Shown: piece by piece, positions 38,137 to 54,560 of the stretch
How positions within the stretch are numbered: position 1 is the first letter of the stretch
Layout of the letters: every line of letters starts with the position of its first letter
Assembly: GCA_943356415.1 (NCBI GenBank)
Contig: CALREW010000001.1
Location: 223,900 to 287,899, forward strand
Origin: Candidatus Nomurabacteria bacterium
GTDB lineage: Bacteria > Patescibacteriota > Minisyncoccia > Phycocordibacterales > SBAW01
Length of the DNA: 64,000 nucleotides
Direction: 5' to 3'
Translations under genes and position numbers: made by a program
The notes under the pieces: model-generated
What the model was told of the DNA's origin: nothing
Databases searched by the model: none
What the model saw: only the letters and a program-made list of their open reading frames with translations

Positions 38137-38856
38137 ATGACTAGAGACCAACTACTCGTCCCCATCGCTATCATCGTCGCCGGCGTCATCATTGCGGTCG
38201 CCGTCTACTTTATTAATCGCAAAGCAGTAACTGTTCCCCCAGGCCAAGTAAACAACACGGCGGTACGTGCGTACGACCCGTCACAAGACCATATCTTCGG
38301 TAACCCAAGCGCCCCAATAAAAATCATCGAATACTCGGACATGGAGTGCCCGCACTGCAAAACCTACGCCGTAACGCTTAAGGCGCTTGTCGAAGAGTAC
38401 GGACCGACTGGGGAAATCGCTTGGGTGTATCGCCACTTCCCTATTGTTGAACTTCACGCAAAAGCGCCAAAGGAATCTGAAGCTGCAGAATGCGCCGCAG
38501 ACGTAGGCGGTGGAGACGCGGCATTCTTCAAATTTATCGATCGCGTGTATGAAGTAACTCCATCAAACAACGGACTCGACTTGGCAGCACTTCCTGATAT
38601 TGCAGCAGCAGTTGGAATCGACAAAGAAAAATTCAAAGCCTGCCTTGATAGCAATAAATACAAAGACAAGGTTGCTTCACAGGTAAAAGAAGCGCTCGAC
38701 CTTGGCATCCGCGGCACCCCGCACAGCTTTATCTCGGTTGCAGGCAACTTCCTTCCTGTCGAAGGAGCACAGTCGGTAAGCGCTATGCGCTCGGCTCTAA
38801 ACGCCATCATCGCCGAACTCCACAATACGACTGGCACGTCTACGCCCACTCAATAA
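38137..38856 (+). CDS. DsbA-like thiol:disulfide oxidoreductase
   Basis: TM anchor plus a CPHC thioredoxin-fold active site. Confidence 0.7.
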   Translation: MTRDQLLVPIAIIVAGVIIAVAVYFINRKAVTVPPGQVNNTAVRAYDPSQDHIFGNPSAPIKIIEYSDMECPHCKTYAVTLKALVEEYGPTGEIAWVYRHFPIVELHAKAPKESEAAECAADVGGGDAAFFKFIDRVYEVTPSNNGLDLAALPDIAAAVGIDKEKFKACLDSNKYKDKVASQVKEALDLGIRGTPHSFISVAGNFLPVEGAQSVSAMRSALNAIIAELHNTTGTSTPTQ

Positions 38857-38868
38857 GAGGAGGCTGTC

Positions 38869-39723
38869 CTACTCGTCCGCTCCTTCACTCTCGTCTACAA
38901 GACCGAGGCGATAAATATCGAACGAATTTTCCCCTTCAAACATGTCAGAGGGGTTAGGAAGAAATACGCGCGTGCGTGATATTTCTGTCGTTGCATCGTT
39001 AATGAGTCGGTGGAAGACAGCAAACTCATGCCGGCACTGCGTAAAATCAAGCGCGTAGCGACGGAGCTGTTTTTTACCGTCTGCATTCCGAGACTTCTTG
39101 CACTCGTACACGATAAAGCGTCGCACCGGTCTGCCAAGGAGCGCTTTGACCGTGTAGTAATTAAAAAGTGCTTGTATGACAAAGAGCGTCTTCGCTTCTT
39201 TAAGGCTGCTGTAGCTGTCGACAAATTTATGATCAACAATATCGACCTCGCCAGGGTAGCCTTTTGATTCGACGACCAAGTCTGAAACTGCCTTAAGGGG
39301 CAACGCAAGTCCTTCTACTTCCGTTGACGCCTTTACTTCAACAGCAAGCACTTTGTGTTTCGGTGCCTTTTCAAGATAAAAACCAATGACTTGGGTATAT
39401 TCGCGCTCCATATGAGCACGCTTTTTCTTTTTTTCTGCACGAGTTTTATGGCGACCAAAGTTGATATCAAAGTCGGCTATCGACTGCAGATATGAGAGCC
39501 CTGCGGCTATAGCCACCTCCTTGTCTGCACCTTCATAAAAGTGCTGTAGCGCCAGGTGTCCCGCACGACCCACGTAAGACGCTGGGCCAGATGGGGTGTC
39601 ATATACGTGCTCTACGTAGCGTTTGTACCAGGCCAGAGGGTTCCTGAGGTACGCCATAAGAGAGGAGTGGCTCCAATGGCCTATTGGGGCCTTTCTATAA
39701 GGCTTTCTAACCTCATCCTCCAT
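38869..39723 (-). CDS. PD-(D/E)XK nuclease superfamily protein (Cas4/RecB-nuclease-like)
   Basis: GRAGHLALQ, DIVDHK, and Q-x-x-x-Y (IQALFNYY) spacing typical of RecB-family nuclease domains. Confidence 0.45.
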   Translation of the reverse strand: MEDEVRKPYRKAPIGHWSHSSLMAYLRNPLAWYKRYVEHVYDTPSGPASYVGRAGHLALQHFYEGADKEVAIAAGLSYLQSIADFDINFGRHKTRAEKKKKRAHMEREYTQVIGFYLEKAPKHKVLAVEVKASTEVEGLALPLKAVSDLVVESKGYPGEVDIVDHKFVDSYSSLKEAKTLFVIQALFNYYTVKALLGRPVRRFIVYECKKSRNADGKKQLRRYALDFTQCRHEFAVFHRLINDATTEISRTRVFLPNPSDMFEGENSFDIYRLGLVDESEGADE

Positions 39724-39828
39724 ACCCTTGCAGTATAGCCTTATTTGACAATATATATTTTAGTATGTATAGTTAGCTCGAATGTTAGGTGCGGCGTCCT
39801 GCCTCACCCCTTCAAAGAGAGACGATCG

Positions 39829-40521
39829 ATGCCGAAAAGAATGACCATCCTGGTCATGGTTGCCGTGGCGCTGATTGCTGCGCTGGCAACCTTCCTTCTG
39901 TTGGGACCCCGAACTGATGTGTTCGCCCAGAACACTACAGGCAAGGCCCAGGCGACCACTCCGTTCGTGCGGCACATCGCCAATCCGCCGACCTTCACGT
40001 ATGCCGGGAAGGTGAAAGTCCCCGCCCAGGCGAAGTTTCACCTCAACGCGGACTTCTGGGCCAAGCGATTCTCCCGCGGGTTCAAAATGGCCGTGTCGAT
40101 CGAAGATAACCTCCGGGTCAGCAATAACCGGATGGAATACTTCTACGATTTGGTGGAACTGCCCACACCCGCCGCCACGCTGAAGGTTAGCTACGTCAGC
40201 GGCCGCACGCACGACGAAGACCTCAGAGGTCAGTTCAAGGTCAAGCCCGTCACGCTGGGACAGTTCTTCTATCTGCACACCCTGCAGCCCAATGGCGAGA
40301 AGGGGCTGCTGCGGACCCAGCACGACAAGGACTGCCGATTCTTCGAGGACATCGCGTGCGTGAACATCGTTCACTACACTCTCGCCGACGGGACGGTCGC
40401 CATGTTCCGCTCGCTTTGGATGCGCGGCGAGGGTGGCTGGAGCTTCACCTTCGGCGGCCTGTGCGACCAGTATCGCAACAGTGGATGCGACCGGCATGGT
40501 TCTGCCGTGGTCCACCCCTGA
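39829..40521 (+). CDS. secreted hypothetical protein (230 aa, G+C-rich)
   Basis: ATG with an upstream purine-rich SD; N-terminal signal peptide; four Cys in the C-terminal region. The ORF opens at 39745 in AT-rich DNA. No family recognised. Confidence 0.45.
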   Translation: MPKRMTILVMVAVALIAALATFLLLGPRTDVFAQNTTGKAQATTPFVRHIANPPTFTYAGKVKVPAQAKFHLNADFWAKRFSRGFKMAVSIEDNLRVSNNRMEYFYDLVELPTPAATLKVSYVSGRTHDEDLRGQFKVKPVTLGQFFYLHTLQPNGEKGLLRTQHDKDCRFFEDIACVNIVHYTLADGTVAMFRSLWMRGEGGWSFTFGGLCDQYRNSGCDRHGSAVVHP

Positions 40522-40584
40522 CACCCCTTCGCTGACTTCGGTCAGCGCGCACCGCCGCCTTCTTTCGAAGGCGGCGGGTTTCGT

Positions 40585-41858
40585 TTAATAACTTCTTAGA
40601 CGCTTAGCTTTATCGTGCGTGCGTATTCGTTCAAGTGCCTTTGCTTCAATCTGACGTATACGCTCGCGAGTCACACCAAACTCCTTCCCCACTTCTTCAA
40701 GAGTGTGATACACGCCATTGATAAGGCCGTGTCTCATTTCTAATATCTTCCTCTCTTTGGGCGACAACTCATCCATAATCTCACCAAGTTGGTCCGCAAG
40801 AATGCGGCGCGCTACTTCCTGGTCAGGAGAGAGAATTTTGTCATCCTTAATGAAGTCCCCGAGTACTGACTTACCTTCATCTTCATCACCCACTGGCGAC
40901 TCAAGCGAAACAGTATCCTGGTCAATTTTTTCTATTTGATAGATCTTGTCTACGTCGACACCCATTTCAAGTGCAATCTCTTCCGGCATCGGATCGCGAC
41001 CGAGATCTTGGCTCAAACGACGAACAATCTGCTTATATTTTGCGATGGTCTCAACCATGTGCACTGGGATGCGGATGGTGCGGGATTGGTCAGCAAGCGC
41101 ACGCGTAATAGCCTGACGTATCCACCAGGTCGCATAAGTGCTGAACTTATACCCTTTGGTGTAGTCAAACTTTTCTACCGCCTTAAAGAGACCGAGATTT
41201 CCTTCTTGGATTAAGTCGAGAAGTGTGAGGTCCGGGCTTCGGCCGACATACTTTTTTGCAATCGAAACCACCAAGCGGAGGTTAGCGCGGGCAAGAAGAT
41301 TTTTTGCTTCTTCATCACCTTCAGTGATGCGCTTAGCTAAGTCGCGTTCTTCTTGTGCATTGAGGAGTGGGTAGCGACCTATCTCACGGAGATACATTTG
41401 GATCGAGTCATAGGAAGAGTCACCGCGTGAGTAAGTGTTTGGTTCTTCTTCAGCAACATCGAGCATTCCGCCGCCTTCAAGGACGTCGATGGCTGCTGTT
41501 GAAAGCTTCTCGTACAACTCTTCAAGAAACGCGACGTCGTCTTCAATCGTAGGAAATTGCTTCAATATTTCGTCATAGGTAACAAAACCGCGTTCGCGGC
41601 CGTGTGCGAGGAGCGCTTGAGCTTTCTTCTCTTTTTCAGCAGCCTTCTTATCAACCTTAACTGGGACGACTTTTACTTTCGCCGCAGCCTTTACAACTTT
41701 CTTTTTTGGCAAAACTTTTGCACGACGAGATGCCGCCAATGACGAGAGGCGTTTACGCTGCGAAGCACCCGCGCGGGCTCCTTTTGCCTTGGCGCGCGGC
41801 TTTTGCATCTTTTTTGCCCCGCTTGCACGGGTGGATTTCTTTTTTGCCTTCTTAGCCA
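40585..41858 (-). CDS. rpoD: RNA polymerase sigma-70 factor with Lys-rich N-terminal extension
   Basis: Regions 1.2 to 4.2 present (DLIQEGN..., helix-turn-helix 4.2). The ORF opens with GTG at 41907, but the ATG at 41858 (MAKKAKKK) is the likely start. Confidence 0.85.
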
Positions 41859-41874
41859 TACTTGAGTGTGAAGT

Positions 41875-41935
41875 ATACCCCGTGAGATAAGCGATTCCAA
41901 GAACCACTTTTTGCGAACTTTTTATCTCACGGGGT
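41875..41935 (-). promoter_or_regulatory. inverted repeat TACCCCGTGAGATA-N33-TATCTCACGGGGTA in the rpoD leader/promoter
   Basis: Exact 14-bp arms, the same as at 16077..16107. On the sense strand the proximal arm runs into TATACT, 13 nt before the ATG. Confidence 0.5.
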
Positions 41936-41976
41936 AGATCTTATTGGACTACTAAAATGCTACTGTCGACCGTCTG

Positions 41977-43680
41977 TTATGCGCCGTGCTTGCGTCGTGA
42001 AAGTTTTTGTAATTCGTCGACGAGCGCGTCTTTTTCTTCAGTATTTCCTTCTATTTCCGCTTGTTTAATTTCCCTCCGTAACGCCTCGAGTCTCCGATTG
42101 ACAAGTTCCTCGTCAACGGAGGCCATAAGTTCACCAACACTTGCTGGTGTACCATCCCGCTCTAACGAGAACAATAATCGTTCGCGATACGTGGCTGCCG
42201 CTTCTTCAGCTTCTGCCAATTGCTCCGGACTAAGTTGTGTCCGTAGTGAATTGACCGCTTCAACATCGTTGAGCACAAACACAAGCGCCGCCGCATGGAT
42301 TAGACGGCTCAGCGGCTCGTCTGCCAATGCCTCTGGATTCGCAATCTTCTCTTCCTTTTTCGGCAACCGCGCGGCGGCAACAGAAGCCCGCACTGACTCT
42401 TCAGGAAGGTCGAGTGCCCGAGCAGCAATCTGGGTGAAATGCGCCTGATCCATAGCCGAACTCATGGTGGCAATGAGTGGTATGACTTCTTCTTCAGCGA
42501 CACGACGCACGGCGCGTTCATCCTTGCCTTCTTTCCGAGCACTTTCAAGGAAGTATTCAACCGCGGTCTTTGCTTCACGCACCGCTTTGCGCAAATCTTC
42601 GACGCTCTCGCGCCCAACATCTGCCGGATCTTTCCCCGAAGGAAACGCCGCGACACGCACATCAAACCCCTCCGCAATGGCAAGCTGTGCCGAGCGCAAT
42701 GCCGACTTCTGTCCTGCCGCGTCTGAGTCGAGTGCAAGAACTAAGCGTTTGGCTAAATGCGATATGGCCTTGAGATGCTCAATCGTGAGCGCCGTACCCG
42801 AAGCAGCAACCGCTGTTGGAAAACCGCTTTGATGCATCATGAGCAAGTCCATCTGCCCTTCGACCAATATGGCGAAGTCGTGCCGGCGCATCGTGGCTTT
42901 TGCCTTATCGAGGCCGTAGAGAACTTTTGATTTTCGAAAGAGCGGTGTCTCTGGTGAATTCACGTACTTTGCCGGAGCGTCCCCTTCTTTGACGGGCATA
43001 TCCTTCATGTTCTCAAAGTGCCGTCCAGAGAATGCAATAATGCGTCCTCCAACATCGCCGATTGGGAACATGATGCGTCCCCGGAAACGATCGTAGATGG
43101 TTGATTCGCCTCCTTTGTCCGCCTTAATAGCCAGCCCAGACTGAAGCAATTCTGCATCCGTGAACCCTTTGCCGCGCAGATTTTCCGTTAGTGAGCGCCA
43201 TTCAGGAGCTGCGTAACCGATACGCCATTTGGCGATGGTGTCATCAGTTAACCCGCGCTTTTTCAGATATTCGCGTACGTCCTCGCGCGTACCTAAAACT
43301 TCTTCGAAGTGTTTGGTTGCTTTCTCGTGAAGTTCGTAGAGCCTTTCTTTTTCATCACGACTCGGTCCCCGCTCACCTTTGTATTCCGTGAGTGGAACGC
43401 CCGCACGTTCTGCAAGCGCTTTGAGTGCATCGCGGAACTCGAGACCATCTATTTTTTCAACGAACGTAAAGATGTCGCCTTTCTCACCGCACCCAAAGCA
43501 GTAAAACGTTCCACGCTCAGGTGAGACGTAAAAAGACGCTGTCCGCTCTTTATGGAACGGGCATCGAGCGCGAAGGCTTTTGCCTGCGCGCTCGAGCTTT
43601 ACGTAGCCGCCAACCACATCAGCAATCGGGAGTCGGTCCTTAATTTGCTCGGTAGTAGTGTCGGCCATATGTATGAGCAA
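41977..43680 (-). CDS. dnaG: DNA primase
   Basis: CPFHKERTASF...YCFGCG zinc finger, TOPRIM domain (EGQMD). Confidence 0.85.
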   Translation of the reverse strand: MLIHMADTTTEQIKDRLPIADVVGGYVKLERAGKSLRARCPFHKERTASFYVSPERGTFYCFGCGEKGDIFTFVEKIDGLEFRDALKALAERAGVPLTEYKGERGPSRDEKERLYELHEKATKHFEEVLGTREDVREYLKKRGLTDDTIAKWRIGYAAPEWRSLTENLRGKGFTDAELLQSGLAIKADKGGESTIYDRFRGRIMFPIGDVGGRIIAFSGRHFENMKDMPVKEGDAPAKYVNSPETPLFRKSKVLYGLDKAKATMRRHDFAILVEGQMDLLMMHQSGFPTAVAASGTALTIEHLKAISHLAKRLVLALDSDAAGQKSALRSAQLAIAEGFDVRVAAFPSGKDPADVGRESVEDLRKAVREAKTAVEYFLESARKEGKDERAVRRVAEEEVIPLIATMSSAMDQAHFTQIAARALDLPEESVRASVAAARLPKKEEKIANPEALADEPLSRLIHAAALVFVLNDVEAVNSLRTQLSPEQLAEAEEAAATYRERLLFSLERDGTPASVGELMASVDEELVNRRLEALRREIKQAEIEGNTEEKDALVDELQKLSRRKHGA

Positions 43681-43750
43681 TACCGTGTTAGAGCAGTAGA
43701 CGCTAGGCGTTGTAAGCTCCCTAAAAGCTATCCACCTAAAGCCTCACTCC

Positions 43751-50605
<6,855 letters not shown>

Positions 50606-50950
50606 GGTTTGCGTTTAGCGGTGGGTAAGGGGCACCAAATAAGCGCACTTTTATAAACAGAAAAAGGAAGTCGGAGAACGCATAAGTCCTCCACTTCGTG
50701 GGTGTTCGCGAACCGCTATAAGAGTGGCAAAGCGCCACAGATGTCTTTTGAAACCTAGCTGGTTGCCCTCCCGCAACTCATCCGCGCTCCCTGTAGGTTT
50801 ACCCCATTGTACTCACGCTAACCTCACTGTCAAATGGCTGTCCACAGACCTCATTTTCTTCTCTCCAATTATTGACTTTTGAATAAAAAATTGTATTATT
50901 ACTTCAGGAGGTCAGTAGGCGGTAACCATATAAGACCGCTGAAATAAAAG

Positions 50951-51166
50951 ATGGGCGTCTCAAATGAGCCCGGCATCGACCGGGGCGAACTGGGCAGCGG
51001 AACCATCGTTCCGACCTGGCCGTCGCGCAAGTATCGGCGTTTCAACGATCCGCTCAACTGGCGGTTTATCTTCACCATCGGGATCGGCATCGTCGGCATC
51101 GGCGTCGCCACGGGCTGGTTCTTCTTCTCCCTGGTGACGCTGGGTCGCTTCAAGAAGAAGTCGTAA
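50951..51166 (+). CDS. small membrane protein (71 aa, G+C-rich), hypothetical
   Basis: One TM helix and a Lys-rich C-terminus; the SD is distant (about 36 nt). Weak. Confidence 0.3.
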   Translation: MGVSNEPGIDRGELGSGTIVPTWPSRKYRRFNDPLNWRFIFTIGIGIVGIGVATGWFFFSLVTLGRFKKKS

Positions 51167-51218
51167 GACTTCAGCGTTCGCGCAGATGCGCGGCCTTCAC
51201 AGGCCGCGCATTGCTCGT

Positions 51219-51869
51219 TTATACCCCGCCACTGCGTCTCCGCGCACGCCAAGCATCTATCTCTTTGTGATTGCCCGAAAGTAATACTTTTGGAACGCGA
51301 TGCTTCTTTCCTTTATGCACAAAAACTTCTGGTCTGGTGTACACATCGTGGGACGCCACTCGACTCTCTTCTATTGATTCAAATTTTCCCAGTACACCGG
51401 GAATATGGCGCGCCGTAGCATCGATGATTGCAAGCGCCGGTACTTCCCCGCCAGTGAGCACGTAGGGACCCACTGAAACTTCTTCCGCTTTTAATATCTT
51501 CGTTGCGCGCGCGTCGATGCCTTCATAGCGACCGCAAACGATAATCACTTGGTCAAACTTCTTTACGAGCGTCTTTGCGTACGCATTGGTGAGAAGTTTT
51601 CCTCCAGCAGACGTCATAATGACTTTCGTCTTTGCGCCTTTCTTCTTTGCCTTTTCCACTGCGCGAACAATAGATTCCGCTTCAAGCACCATGCCAGGAC
51701 CTCCGCCGTAGGGACGAAAGTCCACTTGGCTCCATTTGTGCTTCGAGGAGTCGCGCATCTGATGTGCTTTTACCTTAACGAGCTTGGCCTTCTGTGCGCG
51801 ACCAAGAATCGACGCATTGGTATACGCCTCAATCGTCTCGGGAAAAAGAGTTATGACGTCGAATCTCAT
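51219..51869 (-). CDS. trmD: tRNA (guanine37-N1)-methyltransferase
   Basis: MRFDVITLFPE N-terminus and SPOUT-knot motifs. Confidence 0.8.
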   Translation of the reverse strand: MRFDVITLFPETIEAYTNASILGRAQKAKLVKVKAHQMRDSSKHKWSQVDFRPYGGGPGMVLEAESIVRAVEKAKKKGAKTKVIMTSAGGKLLTNAYAKTLVKKFDQVIIVCGRYEGIDARATKILKAEEVSVGPYVLTGGEVPALAIIDATARHIPGVLGKFESIEESRVASHDVYTRPEVFVHKGKKHRVPKVLLSGNHKEIDAWRARRRSGGV

Positions 51870-51881
51870 AGGGGCACCCTA

Positions 51882-52502
51882 CTATTCTTTCCAGAAAATA
51901 TCACGGCGTACTAGATCGTTTGAAATCACCTCAACAAAACGCTTCATAACTGGGTACTGCGCGACCGGCTTAAATTTGTTTGAAACGTTCATTTCGTACG
52001 TAATCTTCAAACGCTTAAGGGACTTCTCATTGACCGGATCGAGTAATTCAAAAAGCGGTTCCATCTTATCGATGGCGTATGCAAAATGACTCTCGGGAGT
52101 TTTTTGTTCCTCGTATTCAATCCAGTAGTCGTAGCCGATTTTTTGTAGCGGAGGCGGCAACGCTGCAAATACTTCATTTGCCGCAGCCTGCTCTCGCTCT
52201 ACATCCTCATTTGTCTTATGGTACGTAACAATATCTCCGTGCTTTATCTCGCCAAAGTCATGAAAGAGAAGGATGCTTTTAACCTTTTGTGCATCAAGCG
52301 AAGGGCCAATCGGCTCTACTTCCAAAAAGTAGTGCGCCAAAAATGTAATGGCGAAGACATGTTCCGCGACTGATTCAGCGTGGAGATTTTTATCACGCGC
52401 CGTTCCATACCGAATCGTTTTCTTCAACGCATAGGCACTTACTAATTGATGTGCAATGGTGAGGATTTCTTCGTCTGTGCAGGTCAGTGGCGATGTGTCC
52501 AT
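51882..52502 (-). CDS. HD-domain phosphohydrolase (YfbR-like 5'-deoxynucleotidase)
   Basis: ESVAEH...LLFHDFGEIKHGD...DKMEP motifs. Confidence 0.65.
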   Translation of the reverse strand: MDTSPLTCTDEEILTIAHQLVSAYALKKTIRYGTARDKNLHAESVAEHVFAITFLAHYFLEVEPIGPSLDAQKVKSILLFHDFGEIKHGDIVTYHKTNEDVEREQAAANEVFAALPPPLQKIGYDYWIEYEEQKTPESHFAYAIDKMEPLFELLDPVNEKSLKRLKITYEMNVSNKFKPVAQYPVMKRFVEVISNDLVRRDIFWKE

Positions 52503-52506
52503 AGAG

Positions 52507-52932
52507 TTATCGTAATTCCTCGCGCAATTTCATCCAAAGTTTCCCCATTTCATTGCGACCCAAACCGTCGAGACCATCGCCCCAAAAACGGTCGGCCTGG
52601 TGCTTTACGATTGTCTGCTCTCCCGACGCCACGAGCGCCTCGTGCACATCGGCATGCTGCTCGAGCTTTGCACGGAATAGCTCTTCCATTACCTCAAGCT
52701 TGCGGTCATCCCAATCGAGGATCTGCATCTGCTTATGCTGCTGCGATACCTCCCATGCAAGGTAAGCACTGCGGGCTGCAAGCACTTCTTCGATAATGGC
52801 CGGATCCTCGTACCGCTGCGCGTGGTACGCGTGCTCAACCGTCGGATAGACATATCCTTGAAATTCGAGCATGTGGCCAGAAAACGGCGCAAAATATTTC
52901 TCGAAAGTCTCAAATGGCAATATATCCCTCAT
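52507..52932 (-). CDS. NADAR (YbiA/DUF1768) domain protein
   Basis: F.PFSGH...F.GYVYPTVEHAYHAQ...ADRFWGDGLDG.G.N.MGKLWM. The upstream ORF extension to 53214 runs through G+C-rich DNA and is unlikely to be coding. Confidence 0.6.
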   Translation of the reverse strand: MRDILPFETFEKYFAPFSGHMLEFQGYVYPTVEHAYHAQRYEDPAIIEEVLAARSAYLAWEVSQQHKQMQILDWDDRKLEVMEELFRAKLEQHADVHEALVASGEQTIVKHQADRFWGDGLDGLGRNEMGKLWMKLREELR

Positions 52933-53028
52933 TGCACCATTACAGTGCCATACTTTGCACCACCTCGACAGGTGCGTTACGGTGACTGAGATTGCACACC
53001 ACAGAGGACCTTGGCTGGAGGTTAATCC

Positions 53029-53208
53029 ATGTTCATTCGACATCTCGCTATCGCGCTCGTTGCGTGCACTGTTTGCACCGGCTGCGACACGGTGGCCAAG
53101 CTTGTCACCGCACTTGCCGACAGCGAGACCAGGCCGCCGGCCTGGGACAAGCCAACCGGCAGCTATCATCCAGACAGGCTCAGAAAGGGCTACACGCCCC
53201 CGAAGTAG
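53029..53208 (+). CDS. 59-aa putative lipoprotein, not in the supplied ORF track
   Basis: GGAGG 8 nt upstream of the ATG; translation MFIRHLAIALVACTVCTGCDT...; followed by a hairpin plus T-tract. G+C-rich. Confidence 0.35.
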   Translation: MFIRHLAIALVACTVCTGCDTVAKLVTALADSETRPPAWDKPTGSYHPDRLRKGYTPPK

Positions 53209-53280
53209 AGCCACTCGATCGAGACGAAAAACGCCCCACGGGTTTCCCGGGGGCGTCTTTCCATTTTGACGAAAGAAAAT

Positions 53281-53652
53281 TTAAAGCTCGAGCTCGGCCA
53301 TGGCCTCGTCCACAGTCTTCATGGTGTGCGTTTGTGGTTCGCTGCGATACGTCGTCGGGGCTCCTGCTTCAGCAGTGTCAGAAGTTCGTGATGGACCCTT
53401 TCCACCTTCAGGTTCGTTTATTTTGAGATTAACGCGGGCGTTGTGCTTCATACCAACAACGCGAAGGAGCGTACGGATAGCCTTTGCCGTATTGCCCTGG
53501 CGACCGATAACCTTACCCATGTCGTCTGGGTGAATGTCGAGTGTGAGGAGTACCCCCATCTCATCAACCACACGGTGTATCTTTACGCTCTCAGGCTGAT
53601 CAACAAGACCCTTTATCACAAACTCCAAAAACTCCTGATCCTTCTCAGTCAT
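53281..53652 (-). CDS. KH-domain RNA-binding protein (YlqC-like)
   Basis: VIGRQGNTAKAIRTLL is a GXXG KH motif, and the gene sits between rpsP and trmD as in many bacteria. Confidence 0.65.
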   Translation of the reverse strand: MTEKDQEFLEFVIKGLVDQPESVKIHRVVDEMGVLLTLDIHPDDMGKVIGRQGNTAKAIRTLLRVVGMKHNARVNLKINEPEGGKGPSRTSDTAEAGAPTTYRSEPQTHTMKTVDEAMAELEL

Positions 53653-53720
53653 TGCAGTATCTTACGGATATATAAAGGCACTCAGTAAATTGTAGCAGAA
53701 CTCGCCCAAGAAAAGCCGGG

Positions 53721-54137
53721 TTATTCAGCTGCAGCTTCAGTCGCAGCGGGGGCTTCCGGAGCAGCTTCGGCTACGACAGGCTCAGCAGCTACCTCAGCCA
53801 CCGGCGCCTCTTCAGAAACCACGGGGGCTGCTGGTGCAGTTTCAGCAACCACTTCAGGTTTAGCAACTGTCTTCTTAGGAAGGACGTTACGCTTTTTGCC
53901 CTCAACAATGCCCTTTGAAACAAGGAGGTTGTGGACCGTATCTGAAACCTGAGCACCCTGGCTCATCCAGTGCTTGATGCGTTCGGCTTCAAGTTCAACA
54001 CGATCGGTGCGTGCATCATAGGAACCAACCATCTCGAGGTATTTGCCGGTCTTTGGGCCCTTTTTGCTATCCAATACAAGCACGCGGAACGAGGGGTCGT
54101 TCTTGCGGCCACGGCGCTGTAGACGAATCGTTAACAT
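53721..54137 (-). CDS. rpsP: 30S ribosomal protein S16 with Ala/Pro/Glu-rich C-terminal tail
   Basis: MLTIRLQRRGRKN..FRVLV.DS core; the start at 54137 is preferred over the ORF opening at 54233. Confidence 0.75.
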   Translation of the reverse strand: MLTIRLQRRGRKNDPSFRVLVLDSKKGPKTGKYLEMVGSYDARTDRVELEAERIKHWMSQGAQVSDTVHNLLVSKGIVEGKKRNVLPKKTVAKPEVVAETAPAAPVVSEEAPVAEVAAEPVVAEAAPEAPAATEAAAE

Positions 54138-54184
54138 GGGCGCCATCGTAACAGACATGAGAAGCGGGGTCAAACGAAGAACGG

Positions 54185-54230
54185 CGGCCACAGGGGCCGC
54201 CGTCGCTGGTGCCGGGTCCACCCGGCGGAT
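54185..54230 (-). terminator. orphan tandem-hairpin terminator on the minus strand
   Basis: gccgggtggacccggc, ggcggcccctgtggccgcc, then gttcttcgtttg. It lies immediately upstream of rpsP with no coding ORF feeding into it. Confidence 0.35.
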
Positions 54231-54560
54231 CAAGATCGTAAAGTACGGATACGCGGCGTAAAGGTACCGCTCCGTTGCGTGGCGTTGGTTTGACCAGAGT
54301 GGTCACACCTCAGCATTCGAGTTCAAGCATTCAATCCAACGAGTGGTAGAGAACGGATTGAAACACGGACGCTTCGTCGATGCCGGAGATACACACCTCG
54401 ATATCTTGAGATGTAACCCCTCCGATTCCCCGCGGGCTCTCGCCGCACACATGATTGAGTGACAAACCAGTCGCCCATGTGTGGCACATACGTCTCGAAC
54501 AAAGAAAAATATAAAGCACATCGTCCACAATGCAAGCCCATATGCTATAGTTTTCCACAT

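Noticed and set aside
16077-41935. Interpreting the shared palindrome as the terminal inverted repeats of a mobile element or MITE
   Set aside because: The two copies have different spacer lengths (3 vs 33 nt) and unrelated flanks. There are no target-site duplications and no transposase nearby. Promoter or operator association fits better.
52992-53426. The 144-aa plus-strand ORF and the 235-aa minus-strand ORF extension (to 53214) over the 53000-53220 G+C-rich patch
   Set aside because: The better-supported reading is a 59-aa lipoprotein ORF with a perfect SD (53029-53208), with the NADAR gene starting at its conserved Met (52932).
54138-54560. tmRNA (ssrA) next to rnr
   Set aside because: No 5' GGGG...GACGGG acceptor end, no T-arm GGTTCGA(A/T)TCC, and no CCA-proximal acceptor on either strand. 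Kept only as an unexplained orphan terminator.
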